A stretch of DNA of 64,000 nucleotides, taken from assembly GCA_031835245.2 (NCBI GenBank), contig JAVKOQ020000064.1, positions 124,001-188,000 of the forward strand. Reading direction: 5' to 3'. How positions within the stretch are numbered: the first letter of the stretch is position 1; each line of letters opens with the position of its first letter. Shown in pieces: positions 34,911 to 46,722 of this stretch. Below the pieces are notes generated by a model. That model had not been told where the DNA came from. It made no database searches and saw nothing but the letters and a program-made list of their open reading frames with translations. Position numbers and translations under genes: made by a program. This stretch comes from Balamuthia mandrillaris (lineage: Eukaryota).

Positions 34911-36412
34911 ATGCAAGACACCAACGCCACTATCGTTGCCCCGGCTTCCTCGATGGACTATCTTAGTCTGGGCGAGTGGAGCTGGGAGTTGGACTTCGCG
35001 CGGACGGACTGGACGCTCCTGTGGGAGCCGGACCGTTGGCGGTGGGAGGTCAATGTGACGCCTTTGTCGCAGCCAGCACTGCCGTTTTATGCGGTGTTGC
35101 TATACTTGCTTTCTCTTGTTGCTCTCAAGGTAGTTTTTTCTTTGCTTTCTCACTTTGTCGCTTCTATCTTTCTTCTTGTCGTTTCTTTCTTTCTTTCTTT
35201 CGTTCTTTCTTGTTGTTGCCTTCTTTTTGGAACGGCACTAACAACCAACAACAAAGAGTTTCATGGCCAACCGCAAAGCGTATGACTTGAAGTACGTCTC
35301 TGCCTTTCACAACCTCTTTCTGTGCGCCTGGTCTTTGGTCATGGCCTTGGGAACCATATACTATGCCGCCATTCGTGCTTGGGTATTTTGTTTTCTCTCT
35401 TTGTCTCTGCGTCCATGAACTCGTCGATGCTCCTGCTTCCATTCTTTCTCTCTTTGCTCTCGCTATCATTAAGCAAAATATCTTGTCGTTTAAACAGAGC
35501 AACAGAGAGACCAATCCATGGCAACTAGTCTGTGAGACGGAGCCGAACAGTTTTCAAGGCCCGATCTATTACTTTGGCTACCTCTACTACATCTCCAAAT
35601 ACTACGAGCTCCTCGACTCCGTCATCATCCTTTTGAAAAAGGTTTGTCATGAGAGGTTCTGTCTTCTGTGTTCAGTCTCTTTCTTAGCTCACGGTTTTCC
35701 TGTAAACACAAAACAGAAACCGCTTATTTTCTTGCACGTGTATCACCATGCTGGGATGGTCGTCTTGTGTCGACTGTGGATGCAATCCGGGCACCCCATT
35801 GGATTGTGAGTTCTCATCCTCTTCAATCTTTCCTTCTTTATAACGGAGAAGAAGCGAAGCAGCTGCTTCTTTACTCCCTTTCTCTCTTTTCTCACCTTCC
35901 TCGTCGTATGACAGCTGGACAGTTATCGCCAACAGCTTGATTCACGTGTGGATGTATTACTTCTACTTTCTTGCTGCCTTGGGGCAAAACGTGTGGTGGA
36001 AGGTATCGCCGTCTTCCTTCAGCTTCTCTTATTGCCTCTCTGATCCTCTGTTTCCGCTTCTATCTTACGTCCCGCTCTGCCATTCTCTTTTCAATGCAAA
36101 ACCAAACAGAAATACTTAACAATAGGACAAATGATTCAATTCGCAGGGCTCTTCTGTGTTTGCCTCTTACACTTCACCAAGAGCTTCGGTCAGAACTTTG
36201 CCCTCCAACCGGCAGCCGACAACGCGTTCTTGCCTTTTGCTTTCACCTACGAAAAAGGATGCGTCGGGGATGAGTTCGCCATGTTCATATGCGTCTTCTT
36301 TGACGCCTCGCTCTTCCTTTTGTTCAACCAGTTTTTCCAAAGAAGCTACACCCACCGAGAGGCCGACACGAATCCCTCGTCACCCACCGCAGAGTGTAAA
36401 AAGAACCGCTAA
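34911..36412 (+). CDS. ELO: Fatty acid elongase (GNS1/SUR4/ELOVL), multi-exon
   Basis: HNLFL, YYISKYYELLDSVIILLKK, FLHVYHH histidine box, NSLIHVWMYYFY, WWKKYLT..QMIQF. Confidence 0.95.
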
Positions 36413-37114
36413 TGAACAAAGCGGTGACGAATGAGCGCGTAGGCGAATTGCTTTTTATGTTTTCAAAAGGAATAACATGAGGAGAGTGAAGAAAGTAGAA
36501 GGTTCATTCGAAGAGCATAGCGCGACCAGGTGTGCTCCCTTGGAGCGTCGACTACCGAACATACCGAGGTTGCGTTTTTCCTTTCGCCGGTTTGACGGCT
36601 TCAAACCTCTTCGATCGCAAGGCTAATTTCATGCGGACAACCCTTAAAAAGGGCACGCGAGACGCGTAAAGGTGACGGAAGATACGGCGAATAGGACCGT
36701 TTCGATATGGTCAAATGGTAATTTGTGATATGATCTGTGCAACACGTTCAATCTCCGTCGTAGAGATCGTTTTGCTGCACTCCAATTGGATGAGAAAGGG
36801 AGAATGCATCGGGTGATTGGTGGAGATGCATCATTCGAATTCGCTTTTTAAAGAAAAGTTGGTGACTCCGGCGCAACGTGCAATGCCTTTGAGTTTGTTT
36901 CCATGTTAGGTCCGCTGGGGAGCAAGGCTATTCCGCCCTTTTCAACTCCCCGGTCGGCATCATGTTTTCCGCTTCTCCTGCAAGCAAACATTCCAGATCG
37001 TTCACTCGCTTTTAGCTTTGTGTTTTCATTCGCAGCTGCGGCAGAGTGTTTGTTGGTTTTTTTTTTTTTGAGTTTAGTTGCAAGAGTCTAAAACAAAACA
37101 CAGCATGCAAGGAA

Positions 37115-38429
37115 ATGACAGTGTTGACGGAGGTGCTCCTTTCAGTTCGCTATGGCAACCAGTTACCCTCTTTCTTATCAATTGTTCTATATCATTCATC
37201 TTTCTCTTTCCATTATTCTCTCTGTCTCTCTCTCCTCTCCTCTCCTCTTTTCTCCTCTCCTCTCCTCTCCTCTCCTCTCCTCTCCTCTCCTCTCCTCTCC
37301 TCTCCTCTCCTCTCTCTCCTCTCTCTCCTCTCTCTCCTCTCTCTCCTCTCCTCTCCTCTCCTCTCCTCTCCTCTCCTCTCCTCCTCCTCTCCTCTCCTCT
37401 CCTCTCCTCTCCTCTCCTCTCCTCTCCTCTCCTCTCCTCTCCTCTCCTCTCCTCTCCCTCTCCTCTCCTCTCCCTCTCCTCTCCTCTCCTCTCCTCTCCT
37501 CTCCTCTCCTCTCCTCTCCTCTCCTCTCCTCTCTTTCCCGTTCTGATTCACCGTCCCCCTTTATTAAAGGTCATCAACAGTTGTGACTATTTGAGAACAG
37601 TAGCCCACAAAGCTTCCACGTCCGGTCTGCCGCTGGACCGGGAGGACATGGTGCAGGCCCAGATGGCCGCTCTCTACCTTCGTCATGCTCTCCTGCAACT
37701 TGCTTCTTCTCATAACAATCCCCAAGCTTCAGCAATGTCTTATCTAAGGGGTAGTTATTCTCGTCCCCCTTCTTCTTCATCCTCCTCTTGTGTTTTATCT
37801 TCTTCTCCTGCGCGTGCTACGGCTACCCAATCTACAGGAGGGTCAACACAAAAAATGGTTGCAGAAAGCCCATCAACCGAAGAAGAAAAAGAGGAGGGAG
37901 AAGACACCGAAGTTATTGAGGCAGAAAACATAAGCCCCTGGAATTGTTTCCACAAAAAGGACCATGAGAACATACAAACAGCAAAACAAACAAAAGCAAG
38001 CAATGCAAACGATAAAACTTCAAAGGCGCTTTCAGTGATGACAACCTTTCGACCGTACCAATGTGCTTGGTGTCACGAGGTATCGACCCCTGAATGGCGG
38101 AAAGGACCAAAGAAAGAAAGGTATTTGTTGTTCATTTGTCTGGTAACGTTGGTTTTTGACTCTCTCCATTTTTTGCCGCTGTTTTTTTGTCTTTGCAAAA
38201 AAGGTTGTGCAACAGATGCGGACTGAAATGGAGGCGAGTGGTGAAACGACAACAGAGAAAGCAACGATGCAGACTGAGAGAAAGCACAATAAAACAAACA
38301 AGAACAGCCCCTCCATCACGGCTGAAGGAACAAGAGGAGGGACAGAAACAAGAAGTGGAAGAAGAAGGCAAGGAGCGAGAATGGGCCGCCATTCGAAGCA
38401 AAAGCAGCATCCGAGCCATTTTGAATTGA
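37115..38429 (+). CDS. GATA zinc-finger transcription factor, 3 exons
   Basis: CAWCHEVSTPEWRKGPKKER|LCNRCGLKW (Cx2Cx17Cx2C). Confidence 0.88.
37225..37535. repeat. Intronic (CTCTC)n microsatellite
   Basis: About 300 bp of pure pyrimidine pentamer repeat in the first GATA intron. Confidence 0.95.
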
Positions 38430-38815
38430 TGCAAAAAAAAAAAAAATAGAATGTTCAATTTTTGTTACAAAATATTTCAAAAGTTCGAAAATAGTTCAAA
38501 ATTATTGATTTTTCCCACTTCCATTGCAATTTTTCTGGCCTCAAGGGCTTGGAAGCGGGAAAAATCAATAATTTTGAATTATTTTCGAAGCCTGTTAATC
38601 GACAGAACGCTTGCCTCACTACCCACATAACGAGGAAACGAACACAACAACACGAAACCACGAAACCACCGCAAGGACCAACAACAACAACAACCTTTTA
38701 TACCAGTATTATCTTTTAAAAGTTTCAGACTACAACGCACACTTTTCCCATATACCTCTTTTACTCTGCCAACAAAGCTTTGAGGTTTTTTCGACCCATA
38801 TTTTTTTCGTTTGGA

Positions 38816-40975
38816 ATGGAGCCACTGGCAGGCAAGGAAGAGGAGGCGGAGGAGGAAAGCCAAGCCCTGCCCGCCCTGCTCCAACCCTTTGCACACTCCA
38901 CCGCCTGCGACCTCTCCTGCAAGGGTTTGACCTTTTTGCCGAGGGAGTTTGGCCAGCTCAAAGCTCTCACCCATTGCGACCTCGTCTGCAACGAGCTGAC
39001 CTCCTTGCCGAGGGAGTTTGGCCAGCTCTCCGCCCTCACCGAGTGCGACCTCTGCAGCAACCACCTTACGTCCTTGCCGAGGGAGTTTGGCCAGCTCAAA
39101 GCTCTCACTAAGTGCATCCTCACCGGGAACAAGCTGAGCCCTTTGCCGAAGGAGTTTGGCCAGCTCTCCGCTCTCGCTGAGTGCCACCTCTCCAGCAACA
39201 AGCTGAGCTCCTTGCCGAGGGAGTTTGGCCAGCTCTCCGCTCTCACTGACTGCGACCTCCACAACAATAAGCTGAGCTGCTTGCCGAGGGAGTTTGGACA
39301 ACTCTCCGCTCTCATCCGCTGCGACCTCTCCCACAACAAGCTGAGGTCCTTGCCGAGGGAGTTTGGCCAACTCTCCGCTCTCTCCAGCTGCAGCCTCTCC
39401 GACAACAAGCTGAGCTCCTTGCCGAGGGAGTTTGGCCTGCTCTCTGCTCTCACCCACTGCGACCTCTACGACAACGAGCTGAGGTCCTTGCCGAGGGAGT
39501 TTGGCCGACTCACCGCTCTCGCCCACTGCGATCTCTACAGCAACAAGCTGAGGTCCTTGCCGCAAGAGTTTGGCCATCTCTCCGCTCTCACTAAGTGCAT
39601 CCTCTACGACAACAAGCTGAGCTGCTTGCCGAGGGAGTTTGGCCAGCTCACCGCTCTCACAAACTGCAACCTCTCCCACAACAAGCTGAGGTCCTTGCCG
39701 AGGGAGTTTGGCCAGCTCTCCGCTCTCACTCAGTGCAACTTCTACAACAACAAGCTGAGGTCCTTGCCGAGGAAGTTTGGCCAGCTCTCTGCTCTCTCCC
39801 GCTGCGACCTCGCAATCAACGAGCTGAGGTCCTTGCCGAGGGAGTTTGGCCTGCTCACCGCTCTCACCCAGTGCGACCTCTCCCACAACAAGCTGGGCTC
39901 CTTGCCGAGGGAGTTTGGCCGACTCACCGCTCTCACCTACTGCGATCTCTACAGCAACCAGCTGACCACCTTGCCGAGGGAGTTTGGCCAGCTCTCCGCT
40001 CTCACCCAGTGCGACCTCTCCCACAACAAGCTGACGTCCTTGCCGAGGGAGTTTGGCCAGCTCTCCGCTCTCACCTACTGCAAGCTCTCCTACAACCAGC
40101 TGAGGTACTTGCCGAGGGAGTTTGGCCTGCTCTCCGCTCTCACCTACTGCTACCTCTCCAACAACGAGCTGAGGTCCTTGCCGAGGGAGTTTGGCCAGCT
40201 CTCCGCTCTTACCCACTGCTACCTCTCCAACAACGAGCTGACCTGCTTGCCGGGGGAGTTTGGTCAGCTCAAAGCTCTCATCCACTACAGCCTGGAGGAG
40301 AACCCCTTGGCAGCACTGCCTTGCTCCATGGTTCGTCTTCTTCCAAAAATGTGCACGCACCGTCCTCCACCGTTTCTCCAGCAAGAAGCACTTCTCGAAC
40401 AAACGGAAGAGAATTACAAAGAGCAAGAGGAAGAGAAGAAGGAGAAGCAAAAGAAAAGAGCGAAGCCCAACCAGTCACCGTCCATGAGGAACAGGCACGC
40501 CACTGTGAAAAGCTTGTGGCACTTGAGCGGGGAGGTGGCGCTGAGGAACAGGTTGTCTGCTGGTCTGTTGAGTTCTGTTCCGGACCTTCCCTTCACTTGG
40601 CTTGTTTCTTCTGGTTTTTCTCTTCCTTCTCCTGCTTCTTCGTTTGCTTCTCTACGGAATGCAGACCAAGAAACGAGAGGAACAAAGGAAGAACAACTAA
40701 AAGAGGAAGAAATCGTGGAAGGTGCAGAAGTGGTGCTGCCAGAAGAAGTGAAGGACAAATTGGAAAGGTTGCAGAGAAGGTGTGATGTTTGTGAGTGTCT
40801 TTTCTTAGAAGCAGAAGCGGAGGAGGAGGAAGAAGAAGGAGACGGAGGAGGGGAAGGAAGGGAAGTGGTGAGAAGGTATTGGGACGAGGAAAGAGGAGTG
40901 TGGTGGGAGTTGTTGTGTTGCAGCCAGCGCTGCTTCCTCCGGCCCCTTGCTGGACGTTCTATTGCCATAAAGTAG
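38816..40975 (+). CDS. Variable LRR gene copy 4 (19 internal repeats, BC-box-like + Zn tail), intronless
   Basis: MEPLAGKEEE...HSTACDL, 19 repeats, EENPLAALPC, VKSLWHLSGEVALRN, LPEEVKDKL...CDVC...CCSQRC. Confidence 0.93.
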   Translation: MEPLAGKEEEAEEESQALPALLQPFAHSTACDLSCKGLTFLPREFGQLKALTHCDLVCNELTSLPREFGQLSALTECDLCSNHLTSLPREFGQLKALTKCILTGNKLSPLPKEFGQLSALAECHLSSNKLSSLPREFGQLSALTDCDLHNNKLSCLPREFGQLSALIRCDLSHNKLRSLPREFGQLSALSSCSLSDNKLSSLPREFGLLSALTHCDLYDNELRSLPREFGRLTALAHCDLYSNKLRSLPQEFGHLSALTKCILYDNKLSCLPREFGQLTALTNCNLSHNKLRSLPREFGQLSALTQCNFYNNKLRSLPRKFGQLSALSRCDLAINELRSLPREFGLLTALTQCDLSHNKLGSLPREFGRLTALTYCDLYSNQLTTLPREFGQLSALTQCDLSHNKLTSLPREFGQLSALTYCKLSYNQLRYLPREFGLLSALTYCYLSNNELRSLPREFGQLSALTHCYLSNNELTCLPGEFGQLKALIHYSLEENPLAALPCSMVRLLPKMCTHRPPPFLQQEALLEQTEENYKEQEEEKKEKQKKRAKPNQSPSMRNRHATVKSLWHLSGEVALRNRLSAGLLSSVPDLPFTWLVSSGFSLPSPASSFASLRNADQETRGTKEEQLKEEEIVEGAEVVLPEEVKDKLERLQRRCDVCECLFLEAEAEEEEEEGDGGGEGREVVRRYWDEERGVWWELLCCSQRCFLRPLAGRSIAIK

Positions 40976-41346
40976 TTCTTTTTCATTTCGTGTTTCTTTT
41001 TTCATTGTTTTAGGGTAAAATGAAGGCAGCAATACTAATGCTGAAGTTCTACTAATTGCTTAGCTGAGGTAAGAGAGAAACGACGCAAGAGAACAAGAAA
41101 CAAGGAGAAAGGAAATGTTAAATATAAGTATTTGCAAATAAGAGTGACATGCTATGGCGACCCAGTCTAGAACTGAGGACCTAGTTGATATCGCTATTTG
41201 CGGTGTAGGGCAAGTATTGGATCTAAAAGTATTTGTAAGAGTGAATAGTTAGAAAAACTCGTTTCTTTGCTCTTCTTTTCTCTCTCTTGCTCTTCTGTTT
41301 GATTTTAAAAGACAGAGCGAGAGAGAGAGACAGAGAGAGAGCGAGA

Positions 41347-41378
<32 letters not shown>

Positions 41379-41496
41379 AAGAGAGACAGAGAGACAGAGA
41401 TGGAGAGACGGAGAGACAGTGACAGAGACAGAGATGGAGACGAAGATGAAGAGAGGTGGTACCATTAATAGATCTGTCCGTGGAGCATCAAATTAT

Positions 41497-42438
41497 TTAG
41501 TTTGAAGATGTCAACTTGAGGAGGTTGTCCGCTTCAAAGCATTCGTCTTCTACTAATCTGCCTTTTGGTCCTTCCTGCAATATTTTATAAGATGTTAAAG
41601 CAAGAAGAACAAGGAGAAGAAGAAAAAGAAGAAGAAAAAAGAAGAAGAAGAACAAGAACAAGAAGAAGAAGAAGAAGAAGAAGAAGAAGAAGAAGAAGAA
41701 GAAGAAGAACAAGAAGAAGAAGAAGAAGAACAAGAACAAGAACAAGAAGAAGAAGAAGAAGAACAAGAACAAGAACAAGAACAAGAACAAGAACAAGAAC
41801 AAGAACAAGAACAAGAACAAGAACAAGAACAAGAAGCACATAAGACGACAACAACAAAAAAAAAACAAGTAGAGGAATAACAAGAAGAACAAGAAGAACG
41901 AAGGCAATGACGATGATGACAAAGAAAAGAAAAAAAAAAACAGAAGCAGAAAAAGAGAAGGGATGGGTGCCTTTGTCCATTTGATAACAGTAGGGACGGC
42001 TTTCAGTTGAATGAGCGGGTGTGTTCGATACACATGATCCGCTGCTCTATACCTAAGCAGAGAAAAAAATAAAGAGAAAAATATATGCACAGAACACAGA
42101 GAAAAAAAAATAAAGCTGGAAATAACATACACAGCACGTTCACCAGACGGACATTCCAACAGAACAGCTTCCGGGTCGTGCTCGCTCAGAGTCTTTCTTA
42201 TGATCGGATCGCCTTGTACACAATCAGGGCACCACTGCACGAACACCAAAAAAAAAAACGATTGTGTAAAACAATGATAGTAATGGCATCAACAACAGTC
42301 ACACGGTACGCTTTTGCCGGTGTCTGCTTGCAAGTTTCCAAAGAAGTAGGCGTAGACGGTGTTCACCCCGTCGGTGGCCAACAGCCGCTCCACCGTCTCT
42401 TCGAAGCGCTCAAACTCTCGCACTGCTTCCGCTCTCAT
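41497..42438 (-). CDS. TXNDC17: Thioredoxin domain-containing protein 17 (TRP14/DUF953)
   Basis: GKS|WCPDCV active site, YRTHPLIQLKAVPTVIKW, RLVEDEC. Confidence 0.9.
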
Positions 42439-43028
42439 CTCTCTCTGCTACTTCGTTTTTTCTTTGTTTATCCTTTTGAATTCCATTGGAAGATTGAAAA
42501 ATGTTGTCGACGATCGTCCATAACGATCTTTCCATCCCATAATCCTAGTCTCGCTTTGTCCTCCTTATAAATAACCAGAAAAAAATTCTTTGAACTCAAT
42601 AGGAAGCCTTTTCTCCGCATGGGACTGACCAACGGCCAAAAAACCGTGGGTCAGGGTGCACCACGGATCGCTCAAAATAAATGGCGGTGCATTGGGATGT
42701 CGATCAGAGAAAAGCAGAACAAACGCAAAGACAACAGCGCATGGTGGGTGTGCGGTGGGATGCCTTACTCTGAACAACCCCACAATTCCATACGCGACAA
42801 ACACTCTCTTACCCAACCAAAAAAAAAAAACAATTCACTCAACTTGGTTTACAGCATAAAGCGGTGATGTTCTCCTCTTTCTGCTTGAACAGCATTACTG
42901 CCATTGTGATCACATTATTGTTGGGAGGGAGAAGCCAAAAACAAGGAACGGAAGTTAGTTTTTGAAAGATGTTGTGTGTAGAATAATTATTACAGCTATG
43001 ATGAGAGAACTCGCTATGTACAGCACGA

Positions 43029-44709
43029 TCAATCGTCATTGTTGGCCAGGTACTCTTGCTCGTAGCAAACGGAACGTCTCTTCTTCATGTAGGCCCTGTG
43101 GTGCGCCTTCTTCTTGTTGGCCGCGCTGGCACCTTCTCTGTGAAGATCCGCCAAGGCTGATTCCGCCTGGGCCAGCAATTTTGAGACGTTGGACTTGCCG
43201 CCCTCGTCCTTCTCCACCACCGACTTGAGTATGGCCTGCAGTGACACGTCAATGATGTGTGAGATGAAAATGACCACTCAGTAATGAAGCGTGCAGGAAA
43301 GGTACAATTTCTTTCTCAGTCTCGGCGATAGCTTCCTTGGTCTTGCCATGCTGGATGAGGTCGATGACGTTAGAGTCGATCTCTCCAGTCTGCTTTACGG
43401 CCACCTCTACCAGGACATGGTTGTTCTGGTGCTTGTCCACGTCCTCTTCATTATCGGTGAACTGCAAGCTCAGCGCTCCCCGAATTACCACCGTGTTGGC
43501 TGTACCACGAGACCAGCCATGTCAGACAGAAGAATTCACTTCGCATGAATGTAATCAGTAGGATAAGCGTACAAGAGAGGGTCTCACTGGCGTTGGAGGC
43601 GGGTCGATATTCGAGCTCCCACTTGAGAACCTCACCGCTTGGCTGCGCTGATGGAGTGACCTGGAGCTCGCACACCACAGCACGGCGGTCCTCCTGCTTG
43701 AGGTCGTCGAACTTGAACGGCTTGATGAGATCGTCGTGCGAGTATATCTTGGTCACCGTGGAGCCGTTGAGCCCACGAATGCGGAGCAGACCGTCCGTAC
43801 CGACCAGCTTGAACAGACCCTTGAGCGCAAAGTCGACAAAGCGAGGGATGGCGTCGCTGCCCTCGATGAAGAAGTACGCGCCGCTTCCGTGCTCGGCGAT
43901 GTTCTTCATCAGATCCTCGTCGAAGTCCGAGCCCAGACCGAATGCGCTTACCTTGATATCCATCTCGGTATAGATATTCTGTAGATGACCACAGCATCGA
44001 TTGATATCAGCCATCCAGTCATGCGCTGCACCAACCTCTGCACAGGAGTGAAGAACCCCAGACACCAAACACAACGATACTCACCTTGGAGATGAAGGTG
44101 TAGATCTCTCGCTTATCGGTGATGCCTTCGTTGACGAGCCCGTCCGAGAAGAGGAAGATGCGGTTGGTGTAGCCAGACTTGGAGAACTCCTTTACCACGC
44201 TAGCGCCCTGGCTCAGGCCGGCGTGCATGTTGGTGCAGCCCTCGGTTCTCACGCCGTCGACCTTCTTGAGGAGGACCTCCCGCTGCTGGTAGTCCCCAAC
44301 GCTGGCGTTGGAGAAGAGGGTCTCCACCTGGGAGCCGTAGAGCACCAGGTGCAGGATGTCCTCAGCGCCCAGGGCCTCGATCACCTTCTTGATGGCCTTT
44401 TTCGCGTTCTCGAGCTTGTGCAGGCTGTCCATCGACCCGCTGCGGTCGAGCACGACGCACAAGTTGATGGGCGGACGCTTCGTCTCCTCCTTCTCCTCGA
44501 CTCTGCCTGCACATTCAGTCAGCTACAGACTCCCCACCCAGCCCCAAGAAGCGGAACCAAAAGAGTGAAAGGAGGGTTTACGTGCCCGTGTTGACGCTGA
44601 AGAGAACCTGAACGTTGTTGACCACGCCACGCAGGGCATGCGTGCTGGACGGCTCTACCACCACCTGGCAGAGCTCGTTCGGCGTGCTGGCTGTGCGCGT
44701 AGCTTCCAT
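43029..44709 (-). CDS. von Willebrand factor A domain protein (multi-exon)
   Basis: MIDAS VLDRSGSM, GCTNMHAGL, IFLFSDGLVN, FGLGSDFDEDLMKNIAEHGSGAYFFI. Confidence 0.9.
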
Positions 44710-45064
44710 TTATATATATTTATCTGATCTTTAACTGCTGTGGAGGTGCGTGTGTGTTGCTTGGAAGAAAAAAAGTAGAAGAACAAGGGACAAGTGGGGG
44801 GGGTAAGCAAGCCGAGAATGGAAGAAGAAGAAGATAAGCGAAGCAGCAACCACAGTTCGCTTTTTTTTTTTTTAGAGCTTCGCTGAAGGGATGCGAATTC
44901 CGAACATGCCAATCTGCATTCCTAACCTGACGGCGAGGCATCGTAACGCCTGGCGACGAAGCGTCCTCTCTCCTCTCCTTCTCTCTCTCTCTTGTCTCGT
45001 TTCGTCGCGGCGATATGTCTACAGCAATAGAGTAGTACAAGCGGCCGAAAAAAAGGAGAGGGGG

Positions 45065-46588
45065 ATGGAAGGGTCCTCTCCTCTTCCTTCGTCCACAGCG
45101 GTCACGCCCAGCGCTGCCACCGCCCAGCAAAGCAGCGGCCATGGGGAGGATGAGAAGAACTCTTGCGGTTGGCCGGTGGAAGAGCTCCTGCCTGCAGAAA
45201 TGCTGTGCCATATCTTGCGCGCACTCCCGAAGGAGAGTGTGGCCCCGGCCTCGAGGACCTGCCGCCGGTGGTATGCTTGCAGCCCTCCAGGCATCAGACA
45301 TAAGCTGTGCATGCGGTGGGCCTGCTCCTCCTTGGCTGCCTTGCAGTGGGTCCGCCTTGATCAGGACTGCCCTCTATCGGCCAACACTTGCGCCTTGGCT
45401 GCTGCGCAGGGCCAGCTGCAAGTGTTGCAATGGGCAAGGGAGCACGGATTCCCTTGGGACGAGAGCACTTGCCACGCGGCCGCAGAGAACGGCCAGCTGG
45501 AAGTGCTGCAATGGGCAAGAGAGAATGGAGCCCCGTGGGACGAAACGACTTGCACCAACGCTGCTGCGGGTGGCCATTTGGAGGTGCTTCAGTGGGCAAG
45601 AGCGAACGGCTGCCGTTGGGACGAAGATACCTGCACACTAGCTGCCTTCAACGGACATCTGAAGGTGCTGAAATGGGCAAGAAAGAACAGGTGTCCCTGG
45701 GACGCACTCACCTGCGCCTACGCTGCCGAGGGAGGCCACTTGGAAGTGTTGCAATGGGCGAGAGCAAATGGCTGCCCTTGGAATGCGGACACTTGTGCTC
45801 AGGCCGCTTGGGGCGGACACGTGGGGGTATTGCTATGGGCCAGGGCAAACGGCTGTCCTTGGGGCGAGTGGACCTGCGCCTTCGCTGCTGAACGTGGCCA
45901 TTTGTGGTTGCTGAAATGGGCGAGGGAGCAAGGCTGCCCTTGGGGCGAGCAATATTCTGACCGGCAGAAAGAGGCGTTCGCCAGGGGAATGGAAAACGGA
46001 TGTCTTTGGAGCGAGCGCTTCCTCGACGTCGACATAGACCTTGACCTCTTGCACCGGTACCCGCTGAAGGTTCTCCAAACGTACTGCACGGATGAGGAGC
46101 TTGCGGTGCGAGGCCAATTCAAAAAAAGGCACTTCATCAGGGCCATTTTGAAGTACAACGGCATCTCTGATGCATCGGAGGAGGAAGAACCAGGAGAAGA
46201 AGAAGAAGAAGAAAGGGACGAAGAAGGAGGTGAGGATGAATATGAATACGAATATGAAGATACAGATGAAGATGAAGATGAGGATGAGAAGGAAGATGCA
46301 GATGATGAAGCTGAAGATGAAGATGAAATGAGAAGGAAGATGAGGAAGCTGGAGATGGAGATGATGAAGCTGAAGCTGAAGATGAAAATGAGAAGGAAGA
46401 TGAGGATGAATATGAAGAGGCGGAAGAGGAAGTAGACTTTTATAATGTCCCCTGGTTGGAAGCTGGTACCAGTGAAGTTGTTACGAGAATACTGCCTCAC
46501 GGAACGACTCTCGGTGCCCACAAACGCCACAAGAGCTGACTTGATCCAAGCCATCCGAGGCAGCCGGAGACAGCAAAGACAGCAATGA
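45065..46588 (+). CDS. F-box + giant-virus-type ankyrin repeats + acidic tract and SAP/HeH-like motifs; intronless; ORF stop at 46435 with a disrupted 3' end
   Basis: F-box LPAEMLCHILRAL...SRTCRRW. About 6-7 repeats of WDExTCxxAAxxGHLEVLQWARxNGCP. The D/E tract shifts frame at ~46326. Confidence 0.8.
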
Positions 46589-46722
46589 AGAATATTGAAA
46601 CAAAGTTTCTTCTTTCTCTCTCTCTCTCTCTCTCTCATGAGCCATGATTGATGAAAAGCGTGTGTATTACTAAAAGAAGAGAGCACATGGGCAGAAACGT
46701 ACCAACTTTTTTTTGCCCTGCT

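Noticed and set aside
36420..37110. Possible tRNA or ncRNA in the longer intergenic gaps (also 41000-41480 and 42560-43020)
   Set aside because: No cloverleaf, A/B boxes or rRNA signature could be recognised by eye.
37046..37586. LLSSP/EERRG repeat ORFs
   Set aside because: They come from an intronic (CTCTC)n tract.
38579..40450. 623-aa antisense ORF, and similar ORFs opposite the other LRR genes
   Set aside because: It is the shadow of the 69-bp repeat, whose reverse strand happens to lack stops. There is no independent protein signal.
28017..40975. Conserved-repeat/variable-segment pattern resembling a CRISPR array
   Set aside because: The units are in-frame 23-codon LRRs, the variable parts are homologous to each other, no cas genes are present and the context is eukaryotic.
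27200..41000. A dedicated recombinase or reverse transcriptase acting on the LRR cluster
   Set aside because: None is recognisable in the window. The only mobile-element enzyme is the MULE transposase, and nothing in the sequence links it to the LRR junctions.
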